A stretch of 64,000 nucleotides of DNA, taken from Thermoanaerobaculia bacterium (GTDB lineage: Bacteria > Acidobacteriota > Thermoanaerobaculia > Multivoradales > UBA5704). Position numbers and translations under genes: made by a program. Below are positions 46,267 to 55,286 of this stretch, piece by piece; position 1 is the first letter of the stretch, and each line of letters opens with the position of its first letter. Below the pieces are notes generated by a model that was given only the letters and a program-made list of their open reading frames with translations, was not told the origin of the DNA and searched no databases. The DNA lies in the NCBI GenBank assembly GCA_036503335.1, contig DASXXC010000069.1, forward strand, positions 12,059 to 76,058, read 5' to 3'.

Positions 46267-47469
46267 ATGCGTCTCTACGCTTTTGAAGGGCTTCACTATA
46301 CGCCGCGCGCCGGCGATGCCGGGGAGCTGGCGGCGCCGCCGTACGACCAGATCAACGACGCCCAGCGGGACCGGTTCCACACCCAGTCCCCGTATCAATT
46401 CGTCCACCTCACCCGGCCCGTGGCGCCCGAGGGGGGCGACCCCTACCGCTTCGCCGCGGCCCTCCACCACCGCTGGCTGCACGAGGGGATCATCGAGCGC
46501 GACCCCCGGCCGGCGATCTACCCCTACGTGATCGAGTTGGCGAACGGCGGCCAGCGGCTCGGCCTCGTCGGCCTCGTCCGCTACGAGGACCCGACGGTGA
46601 TCCGTCCCCACGAGCAGACCCTGGAGAAGGCGATCGCCGACCGCACCGCCCTGCTGGCGGCCACCGGCGCCGACCTCGAGCCCGCCCTCATCCTCTCCGA
46701 GGATGGCGGCAGGCTCGACGCCCTGCTGCGCGAGGACCTTCAGGGCGCCACCCCGCTCGCGCGCCACCGCGACGCCGACGGCCACTTCCACGTCGTCTAC
46801 CGGATCGACGATCCGGCGCGCATCGCCCTCTACCGCCAGACGCTCGACGTGCCGGCCGCCATCGCCGACGGCCACCACCGCTACAAGGTCGGCCAGCGCT
46901 TCGCCCAGAGCCACCACGCGGAGCCGGACACCGCCGCCGCCGCCAAGCTGGCGGTGATCACCAGCCTCGACTCCCCGGCCCTGACGATCGATCCCATCCA
47001 CCGGGCCTTCCAGGACCCCGTCGATCTTTCCAGGCTGATGGGGGTGCCGCATTCCACGCACCCCTTCCAGGGCTCGGGAGGCTGGGACTTCGCGCGCGCG
47101 GTGGCCGCCGCGCCGCAGCCGGCGATCGGCGTCTGGACACACGGCGGCCCCAGCGAGATCTGGCACCTCGATCCAGGGGCTCCCAAGCTGCCGGTCGAGA
47201 TCTTCCAGGAGACCATCCTCAAAGCGCTCGGCCTGCCGCCGGAGGCCTCCACGAACGGCACCGTCATCTACCGCTCGGACCCCGACGTCCTCTGGGATCA
47301 GGTGGCCTCCGGCGAGCTCGGCACGGGCGTCTGGCTGCCGCCGATGAAGCCGGCGGAATTCGCCGGGGCGATCGCGGGCGGCCAGATGCTGCCCGCGAAG
47401 TCGACCCGGTTCCTGCCGAAGGTGATGTCCGGCCTCGTCTGGGCCGATCACGACTCGAAGGTGGAATAG
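46267..47469 (+). CDS. DUF1015-family protein
   Basis: N-terminal pattern FEGLHY....AGELAAPPYDQI and IRPHEQT motif, typical of DUF1015. 400 aa. Confidence 0.75.
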   Translation: MRLYAFEGLHYTPRAGDAGELAAPPYDQINDAQRDRFHTQSPYQFVHLTRPVAPEGGDPYRFAAALHHRWLHEGIIERDPRPAIYPYVIELANGGQRLGLVGLVRYEDPTVIRPHEQTLEKAIADRTALLAATGADLEPALILSEDGGRLDALLREDLQGATPLARHRDADGHFHVVYRIDDPARIALYRQTLDVPAAIADGHHRYKVGQRFAQSHHAEPDTAAAAKLAVITSLDSPALTIDPIHRAFQDPVDLSRLMGVPHSTHPFQGSGGWDFARAVAAAPQPAIGVWTHGGPSEIWHLDPGAPKLPVEIFQETILKALGLPPEASTNGTVIYRSDPDVLWDQVASGELGTGVWLPPMKPAEFAGAIAGGQMLPAKSTRFLPKVMSGLVWADHDSKVE

Positions 47470-47473
47470 CGGC

Positions 47474-48130
47474 TCAGCGGCCCGGCGGCCTGGCCGCTTT
47501 TCTGTGCGGCGGCGGCAGGATGAAGAGCTGCGGCGCCCGCGCGTTCAAGGAAAGCGGACCTCCCGCGGTGGCGGCCACGGTGGCCGTCACCGCGCGCGCC
47601 GTCCGGTTCGAGGACAGCCCGAAAAAATACGAGGTCTGGCCGTGCCCGGGCGACGAGCCTGAGCAGACTGGCGTCGCGAAATTGAACGTGACCACGTTCC
47701 CCGTCTTGTCCACCGACGACGGCGCCACCGTGCCCAAGCCGCCGCCGGTGGTAACGAACACCTGCTCGGTGCCGCCGGCGCCGTCGTAATTCAGCGAGAC
47801 CACGGGGCCGAAGGTGATCTTGAGCTGCGTCACGCAGCCCTGCGCCGTGACCCCGGTGAGATGCGTGAGGTCCAGCCGGTACTCGTACACATATTTTCCC
47901 GCCCCCACCGTGCCGGGCTTCCCCACCGGCCAGGTCCGCGTCTGCAGGAACGCGTTGCCCGTGGTGCCCGGCAGGGTGAAGTTGGCCGTGCTGTCGTTCA
48001 CCACGATCTTGCAGGACGGATCGAGCTTGCAGTTGATGTCGGGCGCCGAGACGTTGACGACGGTCAAGGGCGCCGCCGCCGCCATGGCGGCGACGAAAAA
48101 CACGCAAAGAAAGAACGGAATCCGACGCAT
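47474..48130 (-). CDS. Secreted hypothetical protein
   Basis: Signal peptide MRRIPFFLCVFFVAAMAAAAP. Beta-rich composition. No family recognised. Confidence 0.6.
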   Translation of the reverse strand: MRRIPFFLCVFFVAAMAAAAPLTVVNVSAPDINCKLDPSCKIVVNDSTANFTLPGTTGNAFLQTRTWPVGKPGTVGAGKYVYEYRLDLTHLTGVTAQGCVTQLKITFGPVVSLNYDGAGGTEQVFVTTGGGLGTVAPSSVDKTGNVVTFNFATPVCSGSSPGHGQTSYFFGLSSNRTARAVTATVAATAGGPLSLNARAPQLFILPPPHRKAARPPGR

Positions 48131-48191
48131 TGGATCAATCCTCCTGCCCTCATAGGCGAGGTGGGAGGAAGGATGTTACATCGGCGCGTGC

Positions 48192-48938
48192 CTACCGATA
48201 CTCCGCCTCGTCGACGGTACACCGGAAGAACTCCCCCTCCGTCTCGAAGCGGTCCGAGCCGATATACCACCCCACCCGCAATCGCGAGGGGATCGTATAG
48301 CCGCCGAACGTCCGCTCCTCCTCGACGATCGCGCCGAAATCCGTGGAGTGGAATTCCTTGCCCTCCGGATTCCCCCATCGAGGCAACTTGATCGACCGTA
48401 GTCGTCCGCTTTCATCAATGGTGAATTCAGCCTCGTTGGTCTCGCCTCGCAGCGTCACCCGGGCGTGAGGATGAGAGGGATCGGCCGCCGTCCACGCCAC
48501 GTCCTCCCCGCAGAGAACGGACGGCAGCCACGTGGCCTCCGCCTCCACCCGGCCCGCCGCCGAGCGGGATATGTCCGGCCCCGATGCCGTCATGACCGGT
48601 ACGATCCCCAGGAGCTTCCACCGCATAGCCCCCTCGCCGTCGAGAAAGCGATCGAATCCCATAATCGGCAGCCCATGCATGCGCACCGTGGCCTTCCAGA
48701 TCATCCCCTGCTGCCAATTGATCACCTGCTCGGCGCTGAACGGCAACCACCCCTTCAGCTTGATCTCGCCGTGCATCCTCAACCGCACCGCCGACGCGAG
48801 GGGCGTCCCCGGAGCGATGGCGTGCGTGAGATAGCGCCGCGCCGGCTCGGGAAGATTCGCGAGCGCGGCCGGATCGAAGGTCCGGGTGGCGGGGCGCGCG
48901 GAATTCCAGAGGTCGTCGAGATTGGGTTGTGTAGTCAT
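48192..48938 (-). CDS. Conserved hypothetical protein
   Basis: The likely start is MTTQPNLDDLW at 48938. The 25 upstream track residues are translated REP sequence. No confident family assignment. Confidence 0.6.
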   Translation of the reverse strand: MTTQPNLDDLWNSARPATRTFDPAALANLPEPARRYLTHAIAPGTPLASAVRLRMHGEIKLKGWLPFSAEQVINWQQGMIWKATVRMHGLPIMGFDRFLDGEGAMRWKLLGIVPVMTASGPDISRSAAGRVEAEATWLPSVLCGEDVAWTAADPSHPHARVTLRGETNEAEFTIDESGRLRSIKLPRWGNPEGKEFHSTDFGAIVEEERTFGGYTIPSRLRVGWYIGSDRFETEGEFFRCTVDEAEYR

Positions 48939-48983
48939 AAACCCCAGAGCTCCATCAGCCGTAACAGACCGTAAACCGTAAAA

Positions 48984-49210
48984 CTGTAGAGACGTCCCAG
49001 CCCGTTTCAGCACGATGCCCGCAGGCCGATAACGTCGGGACGTCTCCCTCCTGAGGCCACCAACGCTTTCTATCGCGCCCTACCGCGCAGATCGGTCGAA
49101 GGCGTGATCCGGCGGAATTTAATAATCGCCACGTCATGCCCTCCGAAGAGACGTCCCGACGTTGGCGGCCCGCGAATGACGTGCTGAAACGGGCTGGGAC
49201 GTCTCTACAG
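48984..49210. repeat. REPIN-like inverted doublet of 63-bp GTAG hairpin units
   Basis: ctGTAGagacgtcccagcccgtttcagcacg...cgtcgggacgtctc (48984-49046) and its reverse complement (49148-49210), separated by about 100 bp. Confidence 0.8.
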
Positions 49211-49426
49211 TCAAGGTCCTGGGGCATGGCCTCCCTTTGTAGACCAATTCCCTCCCGGCGCCAAGACCCGCCAGGCGAAAAAAGGGCCAGGGAGGACGGT
49301 CCGGCATCCGTCCCCCCGGCAAAACACTTCGCTTGTCAAAGAACCCGAGCCGTTCCCTCCGGAAGAAGCCCTGGGCCGCGGTCTCGACGCCCGGCAACGG
49401 GTGGAGCCCTCTCGGTCCAGGGACTC

Positions 49427-49455
49427 TGGACAAACGGCTACGATGTACATAGAAT
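49427..49455 (+). promoter_or_regulatory. Putative sigma-70-type promoter leading into palindrome array B
   Basis: TGGACA-17-TAGAAT, homologous in position to 6931-6960. Confidence 0.4.
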
Positions 49456-49461
49456 AAGGAC

Positions 49462-49880
49462 TCGGGACCGCGCTGTCAAGCCCCTTCCTCCCAGGGAGCC
49501 AAGAGCTTTCGAAGGCATCCGAAGAGCTCTTCGAGGCTCGTTCCCCCAGAACAATGAGGCGCGAAGAGCGGGGAATGCCTCATTCCCTACTCTTCGCGTG
49601 ACGCGAAGCCGGGGGACCGCCACGCGAAGGTTCATGCACATCGCGTGAAGAAGTCTTCGCGTGGCATTCCCTCCTCCTCGGACGGCGCTTTGTCCGGGGA
49701 ATGTCGCGCCTCAAGCCCTCCGCGCGACGCGGAGCCGGGGGAATGAGGCACGAAGAGGTCTTCGCGCCTCTCGGTCTCCAGGGAACGCGGCGCGAAGACC
49801 TTGCGGCGGGACGCGAAGGAGAGGGAACGAGCCGCGAGGAGCAGGGAACGCCGTTCGAGAAGCCCTTCGAATGGCTCGCG
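49462..49880. repeat. Mosaic palindrome array B (homolog of 6962-7480)
   Basis: Starts with the CTGTCAAGCCCC box (49474-49485). Uses the same CGCGAAGAG / GGGAATG vocabulary. Contains a 39-nt nested hairpin cgcgaagagcggggaatgcctcattccctactcttcgcg (49560-49598). Confidence 0.7.
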
Positions 49881-49885
49881 GCGGC

Positions 49886-51340
49886 CTACGCCACCCGCGA
49901 AGCCGCTGTCCCCTCCCCCGCCCCGACCTCCCGGTGGGCTTGGAGGAAGGTCTCCTTGTCGCTGAACACCTTGGCGATATTCATCCCCTTGCGCACGGCA
50001 CCCAGCGAGACCTTGCCGGTCGCAAGGGCGAGGCCGAGGCCGAAGTAGGTGCGGAATTTGCCGCGGTGGCGGTAGCGCACGTCGAGGACGTGGCGCCAGA
50101 GACGCGAGTATTCCTCGTAGAAATCGGCCAGCGGGAGCTTGGTGGGCAGCACGGCGTGGATGATGTCGTACATCTCCCACTGATGGGTCGTCACCTGGTG
50201 CTGGGCGGTCTCCCAGAGATCGGTGCCGGGCAGCGGGGTGAGCACCGAGAAGCCGCTGTTGTAGGCGCCGGTCTCCTCGATCCAGTCGCGCAGGGTGGCG
50301 AAATCCTGGTGGTCCCAGGCGGGATCGACGATGAAGTTGGGCGTGTAGCCCACGCCGAGCTCGCGCAGGATGGCGAGCGCCCGGGCGTTGTTCTTCATCG
50401 TGTTGCTCTTGTTGACGTTCTTGAGCCCCTCGTCGGTGACCGCCTCCAGCCCGAGGAAGATGGCGAGATGGCCGCAGTCCTTCCACATCTCGATCAGATG
50501 GGGGAATTTGCAGATGATGTCGGTGCGGGTCTGCACGGTGAAATACTTGCGAATCCCGGCCGCCTTGATCTGCCGCGCCAGCTCCTCGCCCCGGCGGACG
50601 TCCATCCAGAAGATGTCGTCGGTGATGAAGACGTTGGGGGCCTCGATCGCCTTGAGCTCGGCCACCACCCGCTCGGGCGACTTCTCGCGGAAGGTGCTGT
50701 GGTGGAACTTCCACACCGAGCAGAAGTTGCATTTGAACGGACAGCCGCGGGCGGTCTCCATCAGCGCCAGGGGCTTGCGAAAATTGATGTAATAGTTGGG
50801 CGCGTAGTGCGAGATGAGATGGCGGGCGGGCATGGGGAGCGTGTCGAGGTCCTCGCGCGCCGGCGCGGCCCCGGTGGCGTGCTGGGAGTCGCCCCGGTTC
50901 AGCACCAGCCCCAGGACCTTTTCGAGATCGCCGCCCCGCTGGAGGGCCTCGACCAGCGGGGACATGACCTCCTCGCCGTCGCCGATGGCGATGGCGTCGA
51001 TCGCCGGATGGAGGAACCACCCCGGATCGCGCGAGGCGTCGTGCCCGCCCACCAGGATGAAGGCGTGGGGCATCTCGCGGCGGACCCGCTCGGCCATGCG
51101 CAGGGTGCGGAAGCGCTCGGTGGTGAAGTTGCACTGGAGGCCGACCACGTCGGGGGCGAAGCGGCGGCAGAGCTCCAGACCCGCCTCCTCCCCCTCGATC
51201 CGCAGGTCGAAGATCCGGCACTCATGCCCCTCCTGCTCCAGACCGCCAGCGATGGAGATCGGCCCCAGGGGCTCGACGAAGGTGAGCATCTCGAGGCCCA
51301 GGATGCCTCCGATCGGCGGCTTCAGGAAAGCGATTTTCAT
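49886..51340 (-). CDS. B12-binding-domain radical SAM protein (BchE/HpnJ/HpnR-like class)
   Basis: Start MKIAFLKPP at 51340, after GGAGGG. ARGCPFKCNFC (CX3CX2C). N-terminal B12-binding-like domain. Confidence 0.85.
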   Translation of the reverse strand: MKIAFLKPPIGGILGLEMLTFVEPLGPISIAGGLEQEGHECRIFDLRIEGEEAGLELCRRFAPDVVGLQCNFTTERFRTLRMAERVRREMPHAFILVGGHDASRDPGWFLHPAIDAIAIGDGEEVMSPLVEALQRGGDLEKVLGLVLNRGDSQHATGAAPAREDLDTLPMPARHLISHYAPNYYINFRKPLALMETARGCPFKCNFCSVWKFHHSTFREKSPERVVAELKAIEAPNVFITDDIFWMDVRRGEELARQIKAAGIRKYFTVQTRTDIICKFPHLIEMWKDCGHLAIFLGLEAVTDEGLKNVNKSNTMKNNARALAILRELGVGYTPNFIVDPAWDHQDFATLRDWIEETGAYNSGFSVLTPLPGTDLWETAQHQVTTHQWEMYDIIHAVLPTKLPLADFYEEYSRLWRHVLDVRYRHRGKFRTYFGLGLALATGKVSLGAVRKGMNIAKVFSDKETFLQAHREVGAGEGTAASRVA

Positions 51341-51421
51341 GAGGGCCCTCCAGTCTGTCGTTTCAGATCTGGGGGATTTTACACTACTATCCGCCACCTC
51401 TCCCGGACACTCTTGGGGGAT

Positions 51422-52225
51422 CTAGACTTGGCCGCGCCCTTCGAGCAGGGCCCGCAGGCGCGCCAGCTCGGCTTCCGCCGCCTCGGCACGCTGACGTTCC
51501 ACCTCGGCACGCTGACGTTCCGTCTCGGCGCGCTCCAGAGCCGTCTCGGCTCGTTGGCGCTCCGCCTCGGCACGCTCCAGAGCCGTCTCGGCACGCTCTT
51601 CCTGGGCGGGCACCAAGCTACCGTCCGGACGGAACAGCCGGACCCAATCGGCCTCCTTGTCCTCCCGGAAACCGTGCCAGAGGCCGAGGAAAAGCCCGAG
51701 TTGTCTGCTCCAGAGCCTCCCCTGGTCGCCCGGCGCCATCGGCTGGTAGGCGCCGCCGGCCAGCCAGAAGCCCTCCAGCTTCCGGGTCTCCGGCTCGTAC
51801 ATGTAGTACTCCGAGGTCCGGAAGACGCGGGCGTAGAGCTCCTTCTTCACCCCACGGTCAATATGAGCAGTGGAAGGGGAGAGCAGCTCGACGATGAGGT
51901 CGGGAAGGCGCCCGCCTTCTTCCCAGGAGATCCAGGCTTTACGGAGGCGTCCAGGCTCGTCGATGCCGGTGACCCAGAAGACATCCGGCCCCCGGAAGGG
52001 CGGCCCCTTGGCCGCCACCTCCCGCGCCTGCTCCACCGAGTAGTAGACGAACATGTTGCCACCGGCGTAGGTGTCAGTCCGCCCCTGCTCCACCATGGCC
52101 TGGTGGAGAAGCTCGCGGAGAAAGGCATGCTGCATGACGTGCCAATCGGATTCCAAGGGCTCCCCGTCGGAGTAGACCAGCTCAAAGGGCAGGGGCGCGA
52201 GCGCCGAGGCGATGGGCTGGCTCAT
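51422..52225 (-). CDS. Uma2-family (DUF820) endonuclease-fold protein with a C-terminal heptad-repeat tail
   Basis: Core motifs PDVFWV and PDLIVELLSPST...D...K..LY. The C-terminal tail is made of AETALER / AEAERQR heptads. Confidence 0.8.
   Translation of the reverse strand: MSQPIASALAPLPFELVYSDGEPLESDWHVMQHAFLRELLHQAMVEQGRTDTYAGGNMFVYYSVEQAREVAAKGPPFRGPDVFWVTGIDEPGRLRKAWISWEEGGRLPDLIVELLSPSTAHIDRGVKKELYARVFRTSEYYMYEPETRKLEGFWLAGGAYQPMAPGDQGRLWSRQLGLFLGLWHGFREDKEADWVRLFRPDGSLVPAQEERAETALERAEAERQRAETALERAETERQRAEVERQRAEAAEAELARLRALLEGRGQV
51482..51607. repeat. Six tandem 21-bp repeats inside the Uma2 gene
   Basis: ctcggcacgctgacgttccac and variants repeat every 21 nt, encoding the heptad tail. 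Confidence 0.8.
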
Positions 52226-52326
52226 GGCGTGCTCCCTTTCGAGATCGTTTCTGGGGAGATCTTATTCCGCATTGGCATGTGAAGGGAAGGGGACAGGTCC
52301 TCTCCCATCCCCTGCAAGGATACCAC

Positions 52327-52348
52327 GGGCGGCCCGGACGGGCCGCCC
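52327..52348 (-). terminator. GC-rich hairpin just downstream of the TonB-receptor stop
   Basis: gggcggccc-ggac-gggccgccc. Perfect 9-bp stem. No clear T-tract. Confidence 0.4.
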
Positions 52349-52358
52349 CGGGTGGGAG

Positions 52359-55190
52359 CTAGAAGCGGAAGCGCGCCTGGAACTGGTACTGCCGCCCCGG
52401 CTCGGTGTTGGCGAGGCCGCCGAGCGGCTGGCCGAAGGTCGGCAGCGGCGAGCCGTCGGCGTTGTTGCCGTAGACGCCGTTGTAGCCCACCACGTTCTGG
52501 TGATTGGTCACGTTGAAGACCTCTCCCCGCAGGCCCAGGGTGCCGAAGCCGACGGGGAAATCCCGCTCGAGGAAGAGGGTGATCTGATAGAGGTCGTCGC
52601 CCCGGCCGGCATTGCGGCCGACCACGTGGCCGTTGATCACCGGCCGGTCGGTGTTGGCGCCGTCACCGTTGTTGTCCACGCCGGTCGTGATGTTGTACGG
52701 CCGCCCGGTGGCGTACTCGGCGATGCCTCCGAAGCGGAGCTCCCAGGGCAGGCGCACCCAGCCGCTCAGCACGCCGCGGTGGCGCTGGTCGAGCAGGCTG
52801 TCCGCCCACTCCTTGCCGAGCTGGTGGACGTCGTTGGGATCGCCTCCCGGCGCGTCGGGCTCGACGTTGTTGCGGGTGTGGGACCAGGTGTAGCTCAGCA
52901 GCAGGCCGCCGCTCGTGGCGAAATTCTTGCGAAGGTTGAGCTGCAGGCCGTCGTACTTGCTCTCGCCGTTGCTCACGGTCACCAGGATGCGGCGGTAGCC
53001 GCTGGGCGTGGGCACGATCGGACGGGTGGCGTCCGCGGTGGTCGCCGGGCGGACCTGCCCGGGCGCGGTGCGGACGAATTCCGAGGGGGCGTTGAGGTCC
53101 AGGTTGCGCGGGATGTCGGTCGTCTGGGCATGCACGCCGTCGAGGCTGAGGAACCAGTGATCGCCGAATTCCCGCTCGCCGCCCAGCGTGGCCTGGGTCG
53201 TGCGCGGGTTGTCGAGCCCGCCGGGATAGCCGCCGAGCAGCTTCGAGGTGTTGAAAAACTGATTATAAAAACCGGCGCGTCCCGGCCGCACCTGGATGTC
53301 GCGCGCCGGCAGCACCGCCCCTGGAGGGAAGGCCGGCAGCGGTGCGAGCGAGGTCGGGAAGCCGAGCTGGCCCGGGGCCACGCTGAAGTTGAAGAAGCCG
53401 GTGGGGCCGCCCAGCTCCCAGCCGGCGTCGATGTTGCTCTGGATCTGCGAGTAATAGATCCCATAGCCGCCGCGGAGGGTGGTGCGGGGATCGTTCCTCG
53501 GGTTCCAGGCGAAGCCCAGGCGCGGGGCGAAATTGTTGTTGTCGTCCGTCAGGTCCTGCCGGTCATAGCGCAGGCCGACGTTGAGGATCAGGTTGCCGCG
53601 TAGCCGGATGTCGTCCTGCGCGAAGAGCGACCAGAGGTTGTCGGTCAACGAATAATGGAGGTTGCCGAACCCCTGTGTGTAGCGCTGGACGTCGTTGATC
53701 GTGAGCTGGGAGGTGGGGATCGAGGGCGAGATCCCCGGCTTGAAAGTAAATTGACCGAGCACGAACGGCGAGCCGAACTCCTGGCTGTTCCCCCCCGAGC
53801 GGGAGTGGACGTAGTCGCCGCCGAGCTTGAGCAGGTGGTCGCCGAGGGAGAGCGAGACGGTGTCCGCGAGCTGCTGCTGCCGGTTGGTGAGATGGGCGAA
53901 GCGCGACTCCCCCTCGGTCGAAACGCCGGGGCGGACGTACTGGGTCGAGGGGGTATGGGGCTCGAATTCGGTGATCGGATCGCCGTTCTGCCAGACCAGC
54001 CGGGCGTCGTTGAAGGCCGAATCGCTCAGCACGGCGGTCTCGCCGACCTGGACCGCCTCGGCGTTCCGCCGGAAGTCCCGCCCGGCGCTGGGCAGGGTGA
54101 TGCCCCCCACCACGTCCTGCGGGTTGGTGTCGGTGAAGTGATCGAGATCGAAGCGGCCGAACAGGTGGTTGGCCTCGTTGATCTCGGCGTCGGCGCGGGC
54201 GAAGAAGAGCCGCTGCTTGTAGTGGCCCGTGTAGGCGCCGGGGGCGAGCGGCGAGGTGATGATCGAATCGCGATCCTGATCGTTATATTCACCCGCCACC
54301 GACCAGTAGGCGCGGTCGCGCACGAACGGGCCCGAGACGAAGCCGCTCCCCTGCTTGAGCTCGTCGCGGGATTTCTGATTGGTGACCGGCGCGTCCGCCT
54401 GCAGGCCGCCGGGCCGGTAGAGAGCCACCAGGTCGCCGCGGAGGTCGTTGGTGCCCGTGCGGGTCACCAGGTTGATGGCCCCTCCGGCGCTCCGCCCATA
54501 TTCGGCCGAGAAGGCATTGGTGAGCACGGTGAATTCCTGCACGGCCGCCAAGGGGACGTTGGTGAAGATCGTCTGCCGCCCCCAGGCGTCGTCGGCGCTG
54601 CTGCCGTCGATCGTGAAGGACGCCTGCCGCCGGCCGCCGCCGTTGATCACGAACAGGGTGTTGTTGAGGAACAGGTCGCCGGTGCCGCGCGCCGGGCGGA
54701 CCGCCGAATCGAGCAGCGGCAGCGAGGTGAGCTTGCGGCCGATGATCGGGGTGCTCTGAATCCGCTGGTTGTCGAAGCGGTCGCCGAGCTGCGGCGTGCC
54801 GGACTGCACCCCCTCGGCGGCGCCGTAGACGGTGATCGCCTCCTCGACCGCCGCGGGGTTGAGGACCACGTCGATCGCCGCCGTCTGGCCGGCCCGGAGC
54901 TGGATTCCCGCCCGTTCCTGAGGGGAGAGGCCCTCGTGGGCGGCGCGGAGGCGGTAGGTGCCCGTCAGCGGCAGCTCGGGCAGGGCGTAGCGCCCCTGGG
55001 CGTCGGCGCGGACGGTGCGCGAAAAGCCGGTGGCCTCGTTGGTGACCGTGACCTCCGCGCCGGCCACCGGGGCGCCGCCCGAGGCCAGCACCTGGCCGCG
55101 GATGGCGCCGGTGCCGGGCGTCTGGGCCTGGACGGCGAAAGCGAACGACAGCAGAACGGCGAAGATCGCCGGAAGTCTCAGAAATCTCAT
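52359..55190 (-). CDS. TonB-dependent receptor with an N-terminal carboxypeptidase-regulatory-like domain (Oar-like)
   Basis: Start MRFLRLP at 55190, after GGAGGAG. Signal peptide. GRYALPELPLGTYRL-type CarboxypepD_reg motif. Plug region. Terminal ...FQARFRF. Confidence 0.9.
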   Translation of the reverse strand: MRFLRLPAIFAVLLSFAFAVQAQTPGTGAIRGQVLASGGAPVAGAEVTVTNEATGFSRTVRADAQGRYALPELPLTGTYRLRAAHEGLSPQERAGIQLRAGQTAAIDVVLNPAAVEEAITVYGAAEGVQSGTPQLGDRFDNQRIQSTPIIGRKLTSLPLLDSAVRPARGTGDLFLNNTLFVINGGGRRQASFTIDGSSADDAWGRQTIFTNVPLAAVQEFTVLTNAFSAEYGRSAGGAINLVTRTGTNDLRGDLVALYRPGGLQADAPVTNQKSRDELKQGSGFVSGPFVRDRAYWSVAGEYNDQDRDSIITSPLAPGAYTGHYKQRLFFARADAEINEANHLFGRFDLDHFTDTNPQDVVGGITLPSAGRDFRRNAEAVQVGETAVLSDSAFNDARLVWQNGDPITEFEPHTPSTQYVRPGVSTEGESRFAHLTNRQQQLADTVSLSLGDHLLKLGGDYVHSRSGGNSQEFGSPFVLGQFTFKPGISPSIPTSQLTINDVQRYTQGFGNLHYSLTDNLWSLFAQDDIRLRGNLILNVGLRYDRQDLTDDNNNFAPRLGFAWNPRNDPRTTLRGGYGIYYSQIQSNIDAGWELGGPTGFFNFSVAPGQLGFPTSLAPLPAFPPGAVLPARDIQVRPGRAGFYNQFFNTSKLLGGYPGGLDNPRTTQATLGGEREFGDHWFLSLDGVHAQTTDIPRNLDLNAPSEFVRTAPGQVRPATTADATRPIVPTPSGYRRILVTVSNGESKYDGLQLNLRKNFATSGGLLLSYTWSHTRNNVEPDAPGGDPNDVHQLGKEWADSLLDQRHRGVLSGWVRLPWELRFGGIAEYATGRPYNITTGVDNNGDGANTDRPVINGHVVGRNAGRGDDLYQITLFLERDFPVGFGTLGLRGEVFNVTNHQNVVGYNGVYGNNADGSPLPTFGQPLGGLANTEPGRQYQFQARFRF

Positions 55191-55286
55191 CGCAAGCTCC
55201 TCCTCTGGAAGCGTCAAGGAACGATGGCTCGGCCGGACCGCTCGAGGCGGACCGGCCCCTCAGGGCACGCGAAAGGGAGCCCCGGC

